This document shows positions 1 to 9,452 of a stretch of DNA of 64,000 nt, piece after piece. How positions within the stretch are numbered: the stretch's first letter is position 1; each line of letters opens with the position of its first letter. Below the pieces are notes generated by a model. That model was not told the DNA's origin, did no database searches, and saw only the letters and a program-made list of their open reading frames with translations. This DNA comes from Planctomycetota bacterium (GTDB lineage Bacteria > Planctomycetota > UBA8108 > SXIK01): contig OZ244999.1 in NCBI GenBank assembly GCA_965223265.1, positions 6,752,001 to 6,816,000 on the forward strand, given 5' to 3'. A program made the position numbers and the translations under genes.

Positions 1-542
1 GCCGCTGCCTCGGAGCGAGCCTTCTCGATGTCCGATTGGTGCTGCGCCATCATTGCCTCGGCATCCGCCTTCGCCTTCTCCGCGGCATCGAGCGAGTTGC
101 GGATTTCCTCCGCTCGCTTGTCCATGGCGATGAGGATCGGCGGAATCAGCTTTTTGCTCAGGATCCAGAGCACGACCAAGAACGTTCCGATCGCCCAAAG
201 GGTCGAGGCGGGCACGAACGGTCCATGCCCGCCGTGTCCGTTAGAACCCGCGTGGGCGTCATCGTTCGAATGTACCTGTTCGTCCTCGCTGTGCGGATGT
301 TCGTGGTCACCGTCGCCATGCGGATGTTCGTGGTCACCGTCGCCGTGCGAATGATTGTCGCCATCGCCATGCGAATGGTCGTGATCGTCGCCATGCGAAT
401 GATCATGATCATGGACATCGTGATCCGACTGCTGCGCCCACGCCCCGATGGCGTCAGACGACAGCCAAAACACACCCGTCCCAAGCACATAGACAATCGC
501 CAGGGCGACGACGGACGACAATCGAATGCTGCAGCTCTTCAT
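1..542 (-). CDS. atpF: F0F1 ATP synthase subunit b (3'-truncated at window edge), with signal-like N-terminus and His/Asp-rich extension
   Basis: Not in the ORF track because it runs off the edge. Manual translation from ATG at 542 (GGAG upstream): MKSCSIRLSSVVALAIVYVLG...DHDVHDHDHSHGDD...GPFVPASTLWAIGTFLVVLWILSKKLIPPILIAMDKRAEEIRNSLDAAEKAKADAEAMMAQHQSDIEKARSEA, which is the subunit-b TM helix plus coiled coil. Lies directly downstream of atpE. Confidence 0.9.
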   Translation of the reverse strand, partial: MKSCSIRLSSVVALAIVYVLGTGVFWLSSDAIGAWAQQSDHDVHDHDHSHGDDHDHSHGDGDNHSHGDGDHEHPHGDGDHEHPHSEDEQVHSNDDAHAGSNGHGGHGPFVPASTLWAIGTFLVVLWILSKKLIPPILIAMDKRAEEIRNSLDAAEKAKADAEAMMAQHQSDIEKARSEAA

Positions 543-585
543 GCTGTACTTCTCCACGGTCGAACCTTCGGGAAGTCCTCTCCGC

Positions 586-873
<288 letters not shown>

Positions 874-1071
874 TCAAAGACTCCTAAGCTTGATGGAGAC
901 GTGTGCTTCGTGCGGGCAGCGCTGGGGAGCAACAATTGCGATCGCGCTGGCCGCCTTGAAGCACTCTGAACTCTCTCTCTTTTTTTCGAACTCTTTCCGA
1001 AATCTGTGGAACCTGTCAGCCCGTTCACACCACACATGATGTGCAGAGCTCCGCACAGGCCGTTTTACGAT

Positions 1072-1905
1072 CTAATGTTCTGGGTGCACCGCCCCGGCGA
1101 GAAAAACCGTGGTCAAAAAGGTGAAGACAAACGCCTGAATGACGGCAACGAGCAACTCGAGAAACGTCAGGGCCACGACCGCCAACGCAGAAACCAGAGC
1201 GATCGCACCACCGCCGATCAGAAAGTCCTTCGTCATCACCAGGGTGAAGCTAAGAATGATCGCCAGCATGGTGTGGCCTGCGAGCATGTTGGCAAAAAGA
1301 CGAATCGCGAGTGCGCACGGCCGCACAATATGGGCGACCAGTTCGACCGGCACGATGACCAACATGACAGGTGCAGGCACGTGCGGAAACAAACTCTTGA
1401 AGTACGTCCAGAGCCCGCCCTGCTCGCGGATACCTTGAAAGTGATAAAACCCTAGAGCACAAAGCGCGAGCCCCGCGGTGATGTAGATGTTCCCTGTCGC
1501 AGTGTTACTACCGTGGCCAATGAGGTCAAAAAACGGGATCATCCCGAGCAGGTTGCAGAACAGAATGTAGGTGAAGAAGGTCGTCAACACGGGAACGAAC
1601 TTGTCGCCATGCTCGCCCATGAACGGCCGCGTCATCTGGTTCCGAATGAGAAGGATGAGACTCTCTACGAAGTTGCCGTAGCGCGACGGAACGCGCTGTT
1701 GGCCGGCACTGCGCGCATAGAGCCAGAAGAAAAGGATCGTCAACACGCCGGCGAGAATGAACATCATCGTCTGCTTGGTGACGCCGTACTGATAGAGGTG
1801 TCCGAGATTCGTCAGGCCGTCGAGGATCGGGCGATCGACGACGTGCCCCATCGGGTCGGCGGCGGCAAAGAAGATAGGTAGGCCCGTACTGAACGTTGAA
1901 TCCAT
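1072..1905 (-). CDS. atpB: F0F1 ATP synthase subunit a
   Basis: NLLGMIP, RPCALAIRLFANMLAGH, LELLVAVIQAFVFTFL motifs. Confidence 0.97.
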   Translation of the reverse strand: MDSTFSTGLPIFFAAADPMGHVVDRPILDGLTNLGHLYQYGVTKQTMMFILAGVLTILFFWLYARSAGQQRVPSRYGNFVESLILLIRNQMTRPFMGEHGDKFVPVLTTFFTYILFCNLLGMIPFFDLIGHGSNTATGNIYITAGLALCALGFYHFQGIREQGGLWTYFKSLFPHVPAPVMLVIVPVELVAHIVRPCALAIRLFANMLAGHTMLAIILSFTLVMTKDFLIGGGAIALVSALAVVALTFLELLVAVIQAFVFTFLTTVFLAGAVHPEH

Positions 1906-2378
1906 TAGACCTCCCCCTCCGCTTGCGACCCTGCCCTGCGTTGGGCTGTCGTCTGCGCCGTCGACGATGTTGCCGTCGACTTGACTGAAACCGACGGTGC
2001 TGACGTTGACGCCACCGTCGTCTGCATCGAAAGCGAACGGCTCACATCGGCGACGTCGTAAGCCCGGAAAACCAGGTAAAGCGTCAGCGAAGTGAGCGTC
2101 GACGCCGTCAGATACTGCTTCGCCAGCGCCGCGACGACCACCATGCCCAGGATGAGGAGAACGAAGCTTGAGAGCACGCTCAGCAGCACGAGCTTAACCG
2201 TCTCCGACGGGCGCTGCTGCGCCCTGCGCGTGAGCGAAGAACTGACGCCGCACACCAAAAGTGCGATGCCAATTCCCGCTGCGACGCCGATCAAGCCATC
2301 GCCCCCCATGCGCCCGAATGCTATGGCGGCGCAGATCAGGCTGACGCCGAGCAGCGACATGGTTTTCACCGAGAACAC
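1905..2378 (-). CDS. ATP synthase protein I-like membrane protein (start may be ATG 2360)
   Basis: Four hydrophobic segments; immediately upstream of atpB with 1-nt overlap. Confidence 0.7.
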   Translation of the reverse strand: MFSVKTMSLLGVSLICAAIAFGRMGGDGLIGVAAGIGIALLVCGVSSSLTRRAQQRPSETVKLVLLSVLSSFVLLILGMVVVAALAKQYLTASTLTSLTLYLVFRAYDVADVSRSLSMQTTVASTSAPSVSVKSTATSSTAQTTAQRRAGSQAEGEV

Positions 2379-2516
2379 AGCGTTTCTCTTTTTCTCTTAG
2401 ATTCTCTAGACCCGTCTCTGATCCAACACTTCCTGAGCTCTCGAACCTTGCGGTCCTCGCGTCTCAGGGAAGTCTGTTTGAACCCGCATCAGTGCCCCGT
2501 GTGTTCGGACTCTTCG

Positions 2517-2852
2517 TCAACCGTTTGTTTCGCCGGAATTCTCTGCTGCGTCCTTTTTTGTCTCGTTCGTGCCGGCTTCGTGCGCCGGTCCGTCGCGCTG
2601 GGGTCGCTTCGCGAAACGCTTCGACGACCTCGTCGGCGGAAACAAATCCCTGTACACCGCGTAGGTGCCGCCGGCGAAGCCGACCGCAAGCCCAACAAGC
2701 ATGAAGAGCGGCAAGGTACCTAACTTGCGATCGAGCCAGTAGCCAAGGCCAGTGAAGATGCAAAAAGAGACGAGCAATTGCAACCCCAGGTGAGAGTACC
2801 TGAGGTACTTCAGCAGGTCCCGCGACGACTTGTTTCCCTTTTTCGAAGGCAT
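2517..2852 (-). CDS. AtpZ/AtpI family protein
   Basis: GLQLLVSFCIFTGLGYWLDRKLGTLPLFMLVGLAVGFAGG is the typical two-TM AtpZ signature; first gene of atp operon. Confidence 0.85.
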   Translation of the reverse strand: MPSKKGNKSSRDLLKYLRYSHLGLQLLVSFCIFTGLGYWLDRKLGTLPLFMLVGLAVGFAGGTYAVYRDLFPPTRSSKRFAKRPQRDGPAHEAGTNETKKDAAENSGETNG

Positions 2853-3220
2853 AGCTCGACCGCGTCAGATCGTTTTCCTCGCTCCTTGTCGCAGCCCTGC
2901 ACCAGCCCGATCACATCGGCAGCGCTTGGCATCGACGCAGCTCGAGGAAAACCGTGTGAGGCAACCTTCCTGCACCGGCGTCGCATGCAGTCTGAGAGGA
3001 GTCAAACCGATCGCGTCGACACGGCGCTGAGTGCGCTTCATGCGGACGGAATTTCCTTCGCATCGGGGTCCCGTCGTCGGGGCTTCCCTCGAAGAAAGCC
3101 GAGAATCTACAAGACGCTTCAGACCAAGTCAACAAGCTTCTCGACGCCGATTTCAGAGGGTCGAACACGGCCCTCGAAGTCCCGCTCAGCGGCCTCGTCG
3201 AGAGTGTCGAGCGCTCGCCA

Positions 3221-3802
3221 TCAGCGGCGTCGAAAGCCAGTGAAAAGCCCCAGACTCGAGAGCCCAGCGGTAGGCAGACTACCAGCGACGAAGGACTTGA
3301 ACTCAGACATTTCGTCGCCGAGGCGCCCGGTCCACTCATTGAACTGAGTTTCCATGACTTCCCACCGAACGTCGACCCAGCCGAAGTAGGACATCAGCAG
3401 AAGGATCCCGAGATTGAACCCGATGACGATGGCTGTGAGGCGAAAAAACGTCCGCAACGCCAGGCCAATGCTGAACCCCGCGAAGAAACCAAAGCCGCCG
3501 CGGAGCATTGCCGGAGACCAATCCGACGCCGGCCGCTCGTCCACTCGCGCTGTGTCGCTCGGCGGGCGCGTCCCCGATCCGGGCCCGACGAGATTGCCGC
3601 TCATCTGCGAAGGCCCGCCGGTGCCGCCGGGGCGCACGGGGTCGTCCCCACTCATGGAACTGACACCCTTGAGAAGAAAACCTCCCACCACGAGACACCC
3701 CGCGATCGTTAGAAGGACTTTTTTCCAACGCGGCAATGAGGTCACGAGCCGCGCGCGCCCCGCCCCGCCGCTCCCCTCGATGCCTGGTGTGCCGTTTTCC
3801 AT
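3221..3802 (-). CDS. FUN14-family membrane protein
   Basis: GFGFFAGFSIGLALRTFFRL...LLLMSYFGWVDVRW...GLFTGFRR pattern; N-terminal TM segment. Confidence 0.7.
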   Translation of the reverse strand: MENGTPGIEGSGGAGRARLVTSLPRWKKVLLTIAGCLVVGGFLLKGVSSMSGDDPVRPGGTGGPSQMSGNLVGPGSGTRPPSDTARVDERPASDWSPAMLRGGFGFFAGFSIGLALRTFFRLTAIVIGFNLGILLLMSYFGWVDVRWEVMETQFNEWTGRLGDEMSEFKSFVAGSLPTAGLSSLGLFTGFRRR

Positions 3803-3921
3803 GGCGTTATCTTATCGTGTCGTCAAAACACGAACAAGGACCACGGTTCCGGGTGCGCAGCGTGCGTTCCCCCGTAAGCGTGGACGTCGACCGGGAAGAT
3901 TCATAGTAGCAACATCGCACC

Positions 3922-4350
3922 ATGTCCGCAGCACCAGCCTCAAAGTCCGCCTCGCAGCCCCCGATGGGCCGGGCCATCCTCCTCGTCGACCACGGCAGCG
4001 TCAGAGCCGCGGCAAACGCGCTCCTCAGCGAGGTCGCGAATCTCGTTCGCGCCCGCACGCCAGAATCGCATGTGGTGGTTGCTCACATGGAACTCGCGGA
4101 GCCGACCATCGATCAGGCCTTCGATGCCTGCGTGGCTGCAGGCGCGCGCGAGATCATCGTCCATCCGTACATGCTTGCGCCCGGACGACACGCGACCGCG
4201 GACATTCCGCGCCAAGTGCAGGCGGCGGCGGCAAGGCATCCCGGCATCCGTTATGCCGTCACCGCGCCGTTGGGCCTCCATCCTCTCCTCGCCGACGTTG
4301 TCCTGGCGCGCGTCGAGGCGGCGGCGGCAGAGTTGACGCCCGGCGAGTGA
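3922..4350 (+). CDS. CbiX/SirB-family (sirohydrochlorin chelatase-like) single-domain protein
   Basis: LLVDHGS, AHMELAEPTI, HPYMLAPGRH...DIP, PLGLHP motifs. Confidence 0.88.
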   Translation: MSAAPASKSASQPPMGRAILLVDHGSVRAAANALLSEVANLVRARTPESHVVVAHMELAEPTIDQAFDACVAAGAREIIVHPYMLAPGRHATADIPRQVQAAAARHPGIRYAVTAPLGLHPLLADVVLARVEAAAAELTPGE

Positions 4351-4537
4351 ATGGCTCGCGCTTGCAAGCGGTAAGGAGCGGGCACGATCGCCTGCGCACG
4401 TCAACGCGACAAAGTTTGGTGACACAGATTGTCACTCACTGACCGGCACACCCAGCAGTTTCACGACTTGCGAAGATCCGCGGCCCAGGGCACGACGGTT
4501 GCGACGCTCCCTTTGAACGACGTTTCCCCCCCGGTCG

Positions 4538-4571
4538 CGCCCGAGAGACACCGGCCTCTCGGGCGTTTTTT
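4538..4571 (+). terminator. Intrinsic terminator
   Basis: CGCCCGAGAG-N8-CTCTCGGGCG followed by TTTTTT, downstream of the CbiX-like gene. Confidence 0.7.
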
Positions 4572-4745
4572 GATCGCAGGACACACGGACCCCACTGGCC
4601 ATTTGGTGCCAGCGTGGCCGCAGAGTTCACTGGGGTCTCCGGGGAGACGCTCTCCCAGGCACCTACGAAAAGTCCCGCGAGGCATAGTGAACAGGCGCAC
4701 CCCGGCATGCCGCGCGAGAGAAGAAACGGACGCCGAAACTCACTG

Positions 4746-5612
4746 TTAGCGCCCGCTTGCCGGCGGCCACTTGCCCTGCAGCAAGTAGTAGAGTCGCCAT
4801 CTCAGTTGATCCCAGGCGCGGATCATGCGATTCGCTGCCACAGACCGTTTCACTTTGCGGTAAACGAGGAACTTCTGATACTTCTCAACGAACTGAAATC
4901 CCATGCCGCGAATGGTACTGCGGATCGGATACTTGCTGCGGAGGAGATGAAAGGGGCGTTCAGAATCTTGTTTCGACGCGATGAGATCAAAGACAAGGTG
5001 GCCGCCCAGGCGCAGCGCGCCGTTGAGAGTTTGCAGCGTGGCGACCGGGTCGTGGACATGCTCGAGGACGTCGACTGCCGAAACGAGATCGTACCTTCCC
5101 GACTCGACATTGTCGCGCTTCAGATCGATCGTCCGCACCTCGAGCTGACGCCGCTTGAAGCGCCACCGGGCGAAGTCAAGGAGCACGTCAGAGACGTCGG
5201 CAACTGTCACCTCAAGCCCGAGCTGCGAGAGAAGAATCGCGTTCGTACCGATGCCGGCCCCGAAGTCGAGGTACGAACGCGCCTGGCCGCGGCGCGCGAG
5301 GGCGACCATGTGGGCATTCCACGCCGGTGCCTCGCCTTGCTGCAGTGCGTGCCACCAAAGAAGCTCGTAGAGATAGGCATCGCACTCGTTGTAAAAATCG
5401 GTCAGCTGCGCCTCCGACGCGCGCTCCTTTGCGAACCACAGCGCGCGTTGGTCGTCCACGGCCTTGAGACATCGAACGTGAACTTCTTCAGGACTGAGCC
5501 CTGTGTACTCGGCGAGCTCCTTTAGGCAGCTTTCGACCGCGTCGCTCTCACCCGGCAGCAGCATGGCCTCGAGCCAAAGACGACGATACTCAGCCGGCAA
5601 GGTCTTGGACAC
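4746..5612 (-). CDS. Class I SAM-dependent methyltransferase
   Basis: YLDFGAGIG motif I, VADVS, YDLVSAVDVLEHVHDP. Confidence 0.85.
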   Translation of the reverse strand: MSKTLPAEYRRLWLEAMLLPGESDAVESCLKELAEYTGLSPEEVHVRCLKAVDDQRALWFAKERASEAQLTDFYNECDAYLYELLWWHALQQGEAPAWNAHMVALARRGQARSYLDFGAGIGTNAILLSQLGLEVTVADVSDVLLDFARWRFKRRQLEVRTIDLKRDNVESGRYDLVSAVDVLEHVHDPVATLQTLNGALRLGGHLVFDLIASKQDSERPFHLLRSKYPIRSTIRGMGFQFVEKYQKFLVYRKVKRSVAANRMIRAWDQLRWRLYYLLQGKWPPASGR

Positions 5613-5709
5613 TCAGCTCTCCCTCCTTTTCCACACCCTGAAGGTGCTCACCTTCGCAACGCTGCACTCGGCGCGTGAGACGACACGGCGAGGATACAGT
5701 GCACCGCCG

Positions 5710-7368
5710 TCAGTAGCCGAGCGCGCACCCATCCTTTCGATTGTCGGAAGCGCCAACGTATGCACCGCTTTCCGGGTCGACCAGAATTCCTTGATAGCCC
5801 CCGAACCCACCGCCGCGCCGCACGCGGTGTCCCATCGCTTCCAGTTCGGCGCGGACGGCAGCGGGGACCCCGCTTTCGACGAGCAACGTCCCTCCCGCTT
5901 CGCGCACGCGCGCCGCCTCTCCCGCCTCCTGTGGGTTCATGCCAAAATCGATCATGTTGATGAGAACCTGAGTGTGCCCCTGCGGCTGCATGTCGCCGCC
6001 CATGACCCCGAAACAGAACCAGGGTTGTCCCCCCTTCATGACCAGCGCGGGAATGATGGTGTGAAGGGGCCGCTTGGAGCCTTCGACACGGTTGAGATGC
6101 TCCGGGTCGAGTGAAAAGAGGGCGCCACGATTCTGAAGACAGATGCCCGTTCCGGGCACCACCAGACCAGCGCCGAAGCCATGGAAAATGCTATTGATGA
6201 AGCTGACGAGATTACCCTCTTCATCGGCCGCGGCGAGGTAGACGGTGTCGGAGCCGGCGTGCAGCGTCGAAACGGGGAACGAACCAGCCCGTGCGGGATC
6301 GATCCGTTCGCGCATGCGCGCGGCGTAGGGTTTCGAGATCAACGTTGAGATCGGCAGCGGGCGAATGGAGGGATCGGTGACGAACGTGGCGCGGTCGGCG
6401 AAAGCGAGCTTCTTCGCCTCGGTGATGAGGTGGATCGTCTGCGCGCTGTTGTGCCCTAAGGCTCTCAGGTCAAAGCCTTCAAGGATATTCAACATTTCGA
6501 GCGCGACGATGCCCTGCCCGTTCGGGGGCAGCTCGTAGACGTCGTAACCGCGGTAGTTCGTGCTCACCGGTTCGACCCAGTCTGACGTGTGAGCCGAGAA
6601 ATCAGCGGCGGTCAGCAGGCTTCCCCGCGATTGTAGGTACGCCGCCATCTTCTGCGCCAGTTCGCCTTCGTAGAACCCTTTGACGCCAGAGGTCGACAGA
6701 TGCCGGAAAGTCCGTGCCAGATCGGGTTGACGAAACACCTCGCCGACCCGCGGGGTACGGTAAGATTCGCCTGTCCGCAAGAGGTAGGTTGAGGCGAACT
6801 CTCGATTCTGTTGATGCCGCAGACCACCTCGCCACTGCTCTGCGATGATCTCGCTGACGGGAAAGCCAGCTTCGGCGTAGTGAATCGCGTCCTGCAGCAG
6901 CTCAGCAAACGGCAAGCGGCCGTATCGCTCGTGCAGGGCAACCCAGGCGTGAAAGGCACCGGGGACGGTGACCGAATCGGCCCCATACGTCGGGAGGCGC
7001 TCGTAGCCCTTCGCACGAAAATGCTCGACCGTCGCCGCACTCGCGCTTCTGCCGCTGCCGTTGAGGCCGACGAGTTTCTTCTCCTTGGCTGACCAGGCGA
7101 GAACGAACGCGTCGCCACCGATGCCGGTTGACATCGGCTCGACGACGTTGAGAACGGCCGCGGTCGCAATCGCGGCATCGAATGCATTGCCGCCTCGCCG
7201 CAGCACGGCGATTCCCGCCTCCGCCGCAAGTACTTGGCTCGTGCACACCATGCCGCGGCGCGCCAGCACCATGGAGCGAGTCGACTGCGTGTCGACAGGA
7301 CGGTCAAACCCTTGCGCAAAACTCATGGCGGTCGAACCAAGAATGAGGCAGACGATCAGGAGTTTCAT
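5710..7368 (-). CDS. ggt: Gamma-glutamyltransferase (signal peptide)
   Basis: GGNAFDAAIA, GIGGDAF, TVPG, autocleavage Thr in SDTVYL, KRPLHTIIP, GGDMQPQGH; start moved to ATG 7368 behind AAGGA. Confidence 0.93.
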   Translation of the reverse strand: MKLLIVCLILGSTAMSFAQGFDRPVDTQSTRSMVLARRGMVCTSQVLAAEAGIAVLRRGGNAFDAAIATAAVLNVVEPMSTGIGGDAFVLAWSAKEKKLVGLNGSGRSASAATVEHFRAKGYERLPTYGADSVTVPGAFHAWVALHERYGRLPFAELLQDAIHYAEAGFPVSEIIAEQWRGGLRHQQNREFASTYLLRTGESYRTPRVGEVFRQPDLARTFRHLSTSGVKGFYEGELAQKMAAYLQSRGSLLTAADFSAHTSDWVEPVSTNYRGYDVYELPPNGQGIVALEMLNILEGFDLRALGHNSAQTIHLITEAKKLAFADRATFVTDPSIRPLPISTLISKPYAARMRERIDPARAGSFPVSTLHAGSDTVYLAAADEEGNLVSFINSIFHGFGAGLVVPGTGICLQNRGALFSLDPEHLNRVEGSKRPLHTIIPALVMKGGQPWFCFGVMGGDMQPQGHTQVLINMIDFGMNPQEAGEAARVREAGGTLLVESGVPAAVRAELEAMGHRVRRGGGFGGYQGILVDPESGAYVGASDNRKDGCALGY

Positions 7369-7576
7369 GTTTGTTCCTTTGCCGCGCGGTCGCTGCCTGG
7401 CTCCGCGCACGCCGAGCAGTCTACCAAAGAGCAAACCAAAGAGGACGCGTGTCTTTGATCGACGCTGCGACAATCCGCTCGCCAGAGTGGGGGTGACAGC
7501 CGGCGCGAACCCCCCAGCTTTGGCGAAAGGTTCGCTAATACCTCCATAAAAAAAATCGAACTTTTCGCTCGCATCA

Positions 7577-7590
7577 CGAACAAATGTTCG
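7577..7590. promoter_or_regulatory. LexA (SOS) box CGAACAAATGTTCG
   Basis: Perfect CGAAC-N4-GTTCG palindrome upstream of lexA, next to a TATAGT -10-like hexamer (7592-7597). Confidence 0.85.
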
Positions 7591-7611
7591 CTATAGTCTT
7601 CCCAGGATTCA

Positions 7612-7625
7612 CGAACACCTGTTCG
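7612..7625. promoter_or_regulatory. LexA (SOS) box CGAACACCTGTTCG
   Basis: Second perfect CGAAC-N4-GTTCG, 35 bp after the first. Confidence 0.85.
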
Positions 7626-7875
7626 TCGCCCATAGCAAAAGGAGTGATGGCGAAATAAAGCCAAGAAAGCGGCCTCAACGTACGGGTTTCAACAGCGCGT
7701 CGCGCACAGCCTTCACTCGCGGCCTCGCAGTGAACAACGGTTTGGAGTGAGAACCGGACCCCACCGGTGGTGCTCCGGGGAAACGGTTTCGCGACGGAAC
7801 ACCTTCGCGACGGAGCACCGTCGCAGCAGATTCTCCCTTGCCGACCAAGCACTGAATCGATGATCGGAGTTCTTA

Positions 7876-8685
7876 ATGGCCCCTGAGCAGACACTCTCTT
7901 CAAAGCAGCGGACGATTCTCGACGCGATTCTCTTCTTAATCCGCAGGGGAGAGCTGCCGACGGTGCGCGAAGTCGGCGCACTCGTCGGACTGCGATCCCC
8001 CGCGACCGTCCTCAAACACCTGAGGGGTCTTGAGAAGGCAGGATTCATTTCGCTCAGTGGTAAGAGCCGCGGGATCCGTATCGCGGATCAGGAGCTTCTG
8101 GCGCAGGCGCTCACAGACGACCCACAGGGCGAAGTGCTCCAGTCGCATCTTCCGAACGCCTTACGACTGCACGCAGCGCCAGGACCGCGGCTGGTGACGT
8201 CCGGCGAGGAATCGAGCATTCCTCTGGTCGGCGCAATCGCCGCGGGCCAGCCGTTCGAGAGCTACGCCGAGGGATTCTCAAACTCCGAGTTGGCCGAAGC
8301 GTACGGCGAAAGCGGCGGCACAGCACCCAGCGGCACACCCGGCCTCGGTATCGATCCACAAGTCTTCTGCCAAAGCGGCGAAGTGATTGCACTGCGTATT
8401 GAGGGTGAGTCCATGGTGAACGCGGGCATCCTCGACGGAGACTACGCCATCATCCGACGGCAAAGTAGTGTCGAGGAGGGAGAGATCGCCGCAGTGATCA
8501 TCGACGGCGAGGGGACGCTCAAGCGCTGGACGACGCGGCGTACGTCGCGCGGCGACCGGCAGATTTCTTTGCAACCGGAGAATGATCATTTCGAGCCCAT
8601 CGAGCTGGACGCGCAAGACGGGCACAATGTTCTCGTCATCGGAAAATACGTCGGACTCGTGCGCGGCGATATTCAGCTCATGTGA
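7876..8685 (+). CDS. lexA: SOS repressor LexA
   Basis: wHTH PTVREVGALVGLRSPATVLKHL, Ala-Gly cleavage site (GAIAAGQP), catalytic Ser (GESM) and Lys (TLKR); upstream operators. Confidence 0.93.
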   Translation: MAPEQTLSSKQRTILDAILFLIRRGELPTVREVGALVGLRSPATVLKHLRGLEKAGFISLSGKSRGIRIADQELLAQALTDDPQGEVLQSHLPNALRLHAAPGPRLVTSGEESSIPLVGAIAAGQPFESYAEGFSNSELAEAYGESGGTAPSGTPGLGIDPQVFCQSGEVIALRIEGESMVNAGILDGDYAIIRRQSSVEEGEIAAVIIDGEGTLKRWTTRRTSRGDRQISLQPENDHFEPIELDAQDGHNVLVIGKYVGLVRGDIQLM

Positions 8686-8768
8686 GATGCGAGGAGGAAG
8701 GGAGTCGGCGCCGCTGGCGCAAAGAAGGGCGTCAGCCGGATGGCTGACTTGCAGAGGACGTTCATTCG

Positions 8769-9020
8769 ATGCAGGAGGAATTCATTGACGCGGCACTCAA
8801 CAAGGTTGTGGTCGAGTTCAGCGCTGGGAGGATGCGCCCCATCTTTCTCGAATGGTCAGGGAGACGCTGGCCAGTGCGGCGTGTGAACTCGATCTGGCGA
8901 CACACGTCGCCGCCGCGGCGCACAAATTTCTCGTTAACCATGGAGAGCGGCGATGTCTTCCGTGTCAGCTACGAAGAGGCGCGTGCGTCATGGAGGCTTG
9001 AGGCGGTGATGTCGTCGTAA
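8769..9020 (+). CDS. Small protein resembling DUF6504 / ImuB C-terminal-like domain
   Basis: P-x-x-x-x-W-x-GRRWPVRRVNSIW...F-x-L-x-x-E-x-G-x-x-F...WRL pattern (family recalled, not searched); co-directional with lexA. Confidence 0.6.
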   Translation: MQEEFIDAALNKVVVEFSAGRMRPIFLEWSGRRWPVRRVNSIWRHTSPPRRTNFSLTMESGDVFRVSYEEARASWRLEAVMSS

Positions 9021-9452
9021 CTCACGGTCTTGCGACGAGCGAGGATCAGCGGGGATGGAACGGAAGAGGTGTTTCGCCCTTGCCTTGAATCGCGCCGCAA
9101 GAAAAACCAGCAAAAAAGAACCCAAAGAACCTATCACTGCAACGGACACATGACCGCGAAACGTACGAAGCGCCGCAGGACGAAACATCACACAAGGGAC
9201 CTCATGCGACCTCACGCAAGAAACGCACCGCCGCTCCACGTCGATCCAAGCGCTTCGGAGTAACAAAAAGACACTTCTCTTCACTCGGCTTGACTCCTCG
9301 CCCCACAGGAGTCAAGTTCGAACAGACCACCGCGGAGAACCCAGCAGTCTTACGGCTGCCGTCCACCCACTCCGCGGTGGTCTTTCTCATCAGTCGACTC
9401 AGTCGAGTGAACCACGTACCGGCAACCGAAAAGCGTGTTTCGGTCGCTGCGG

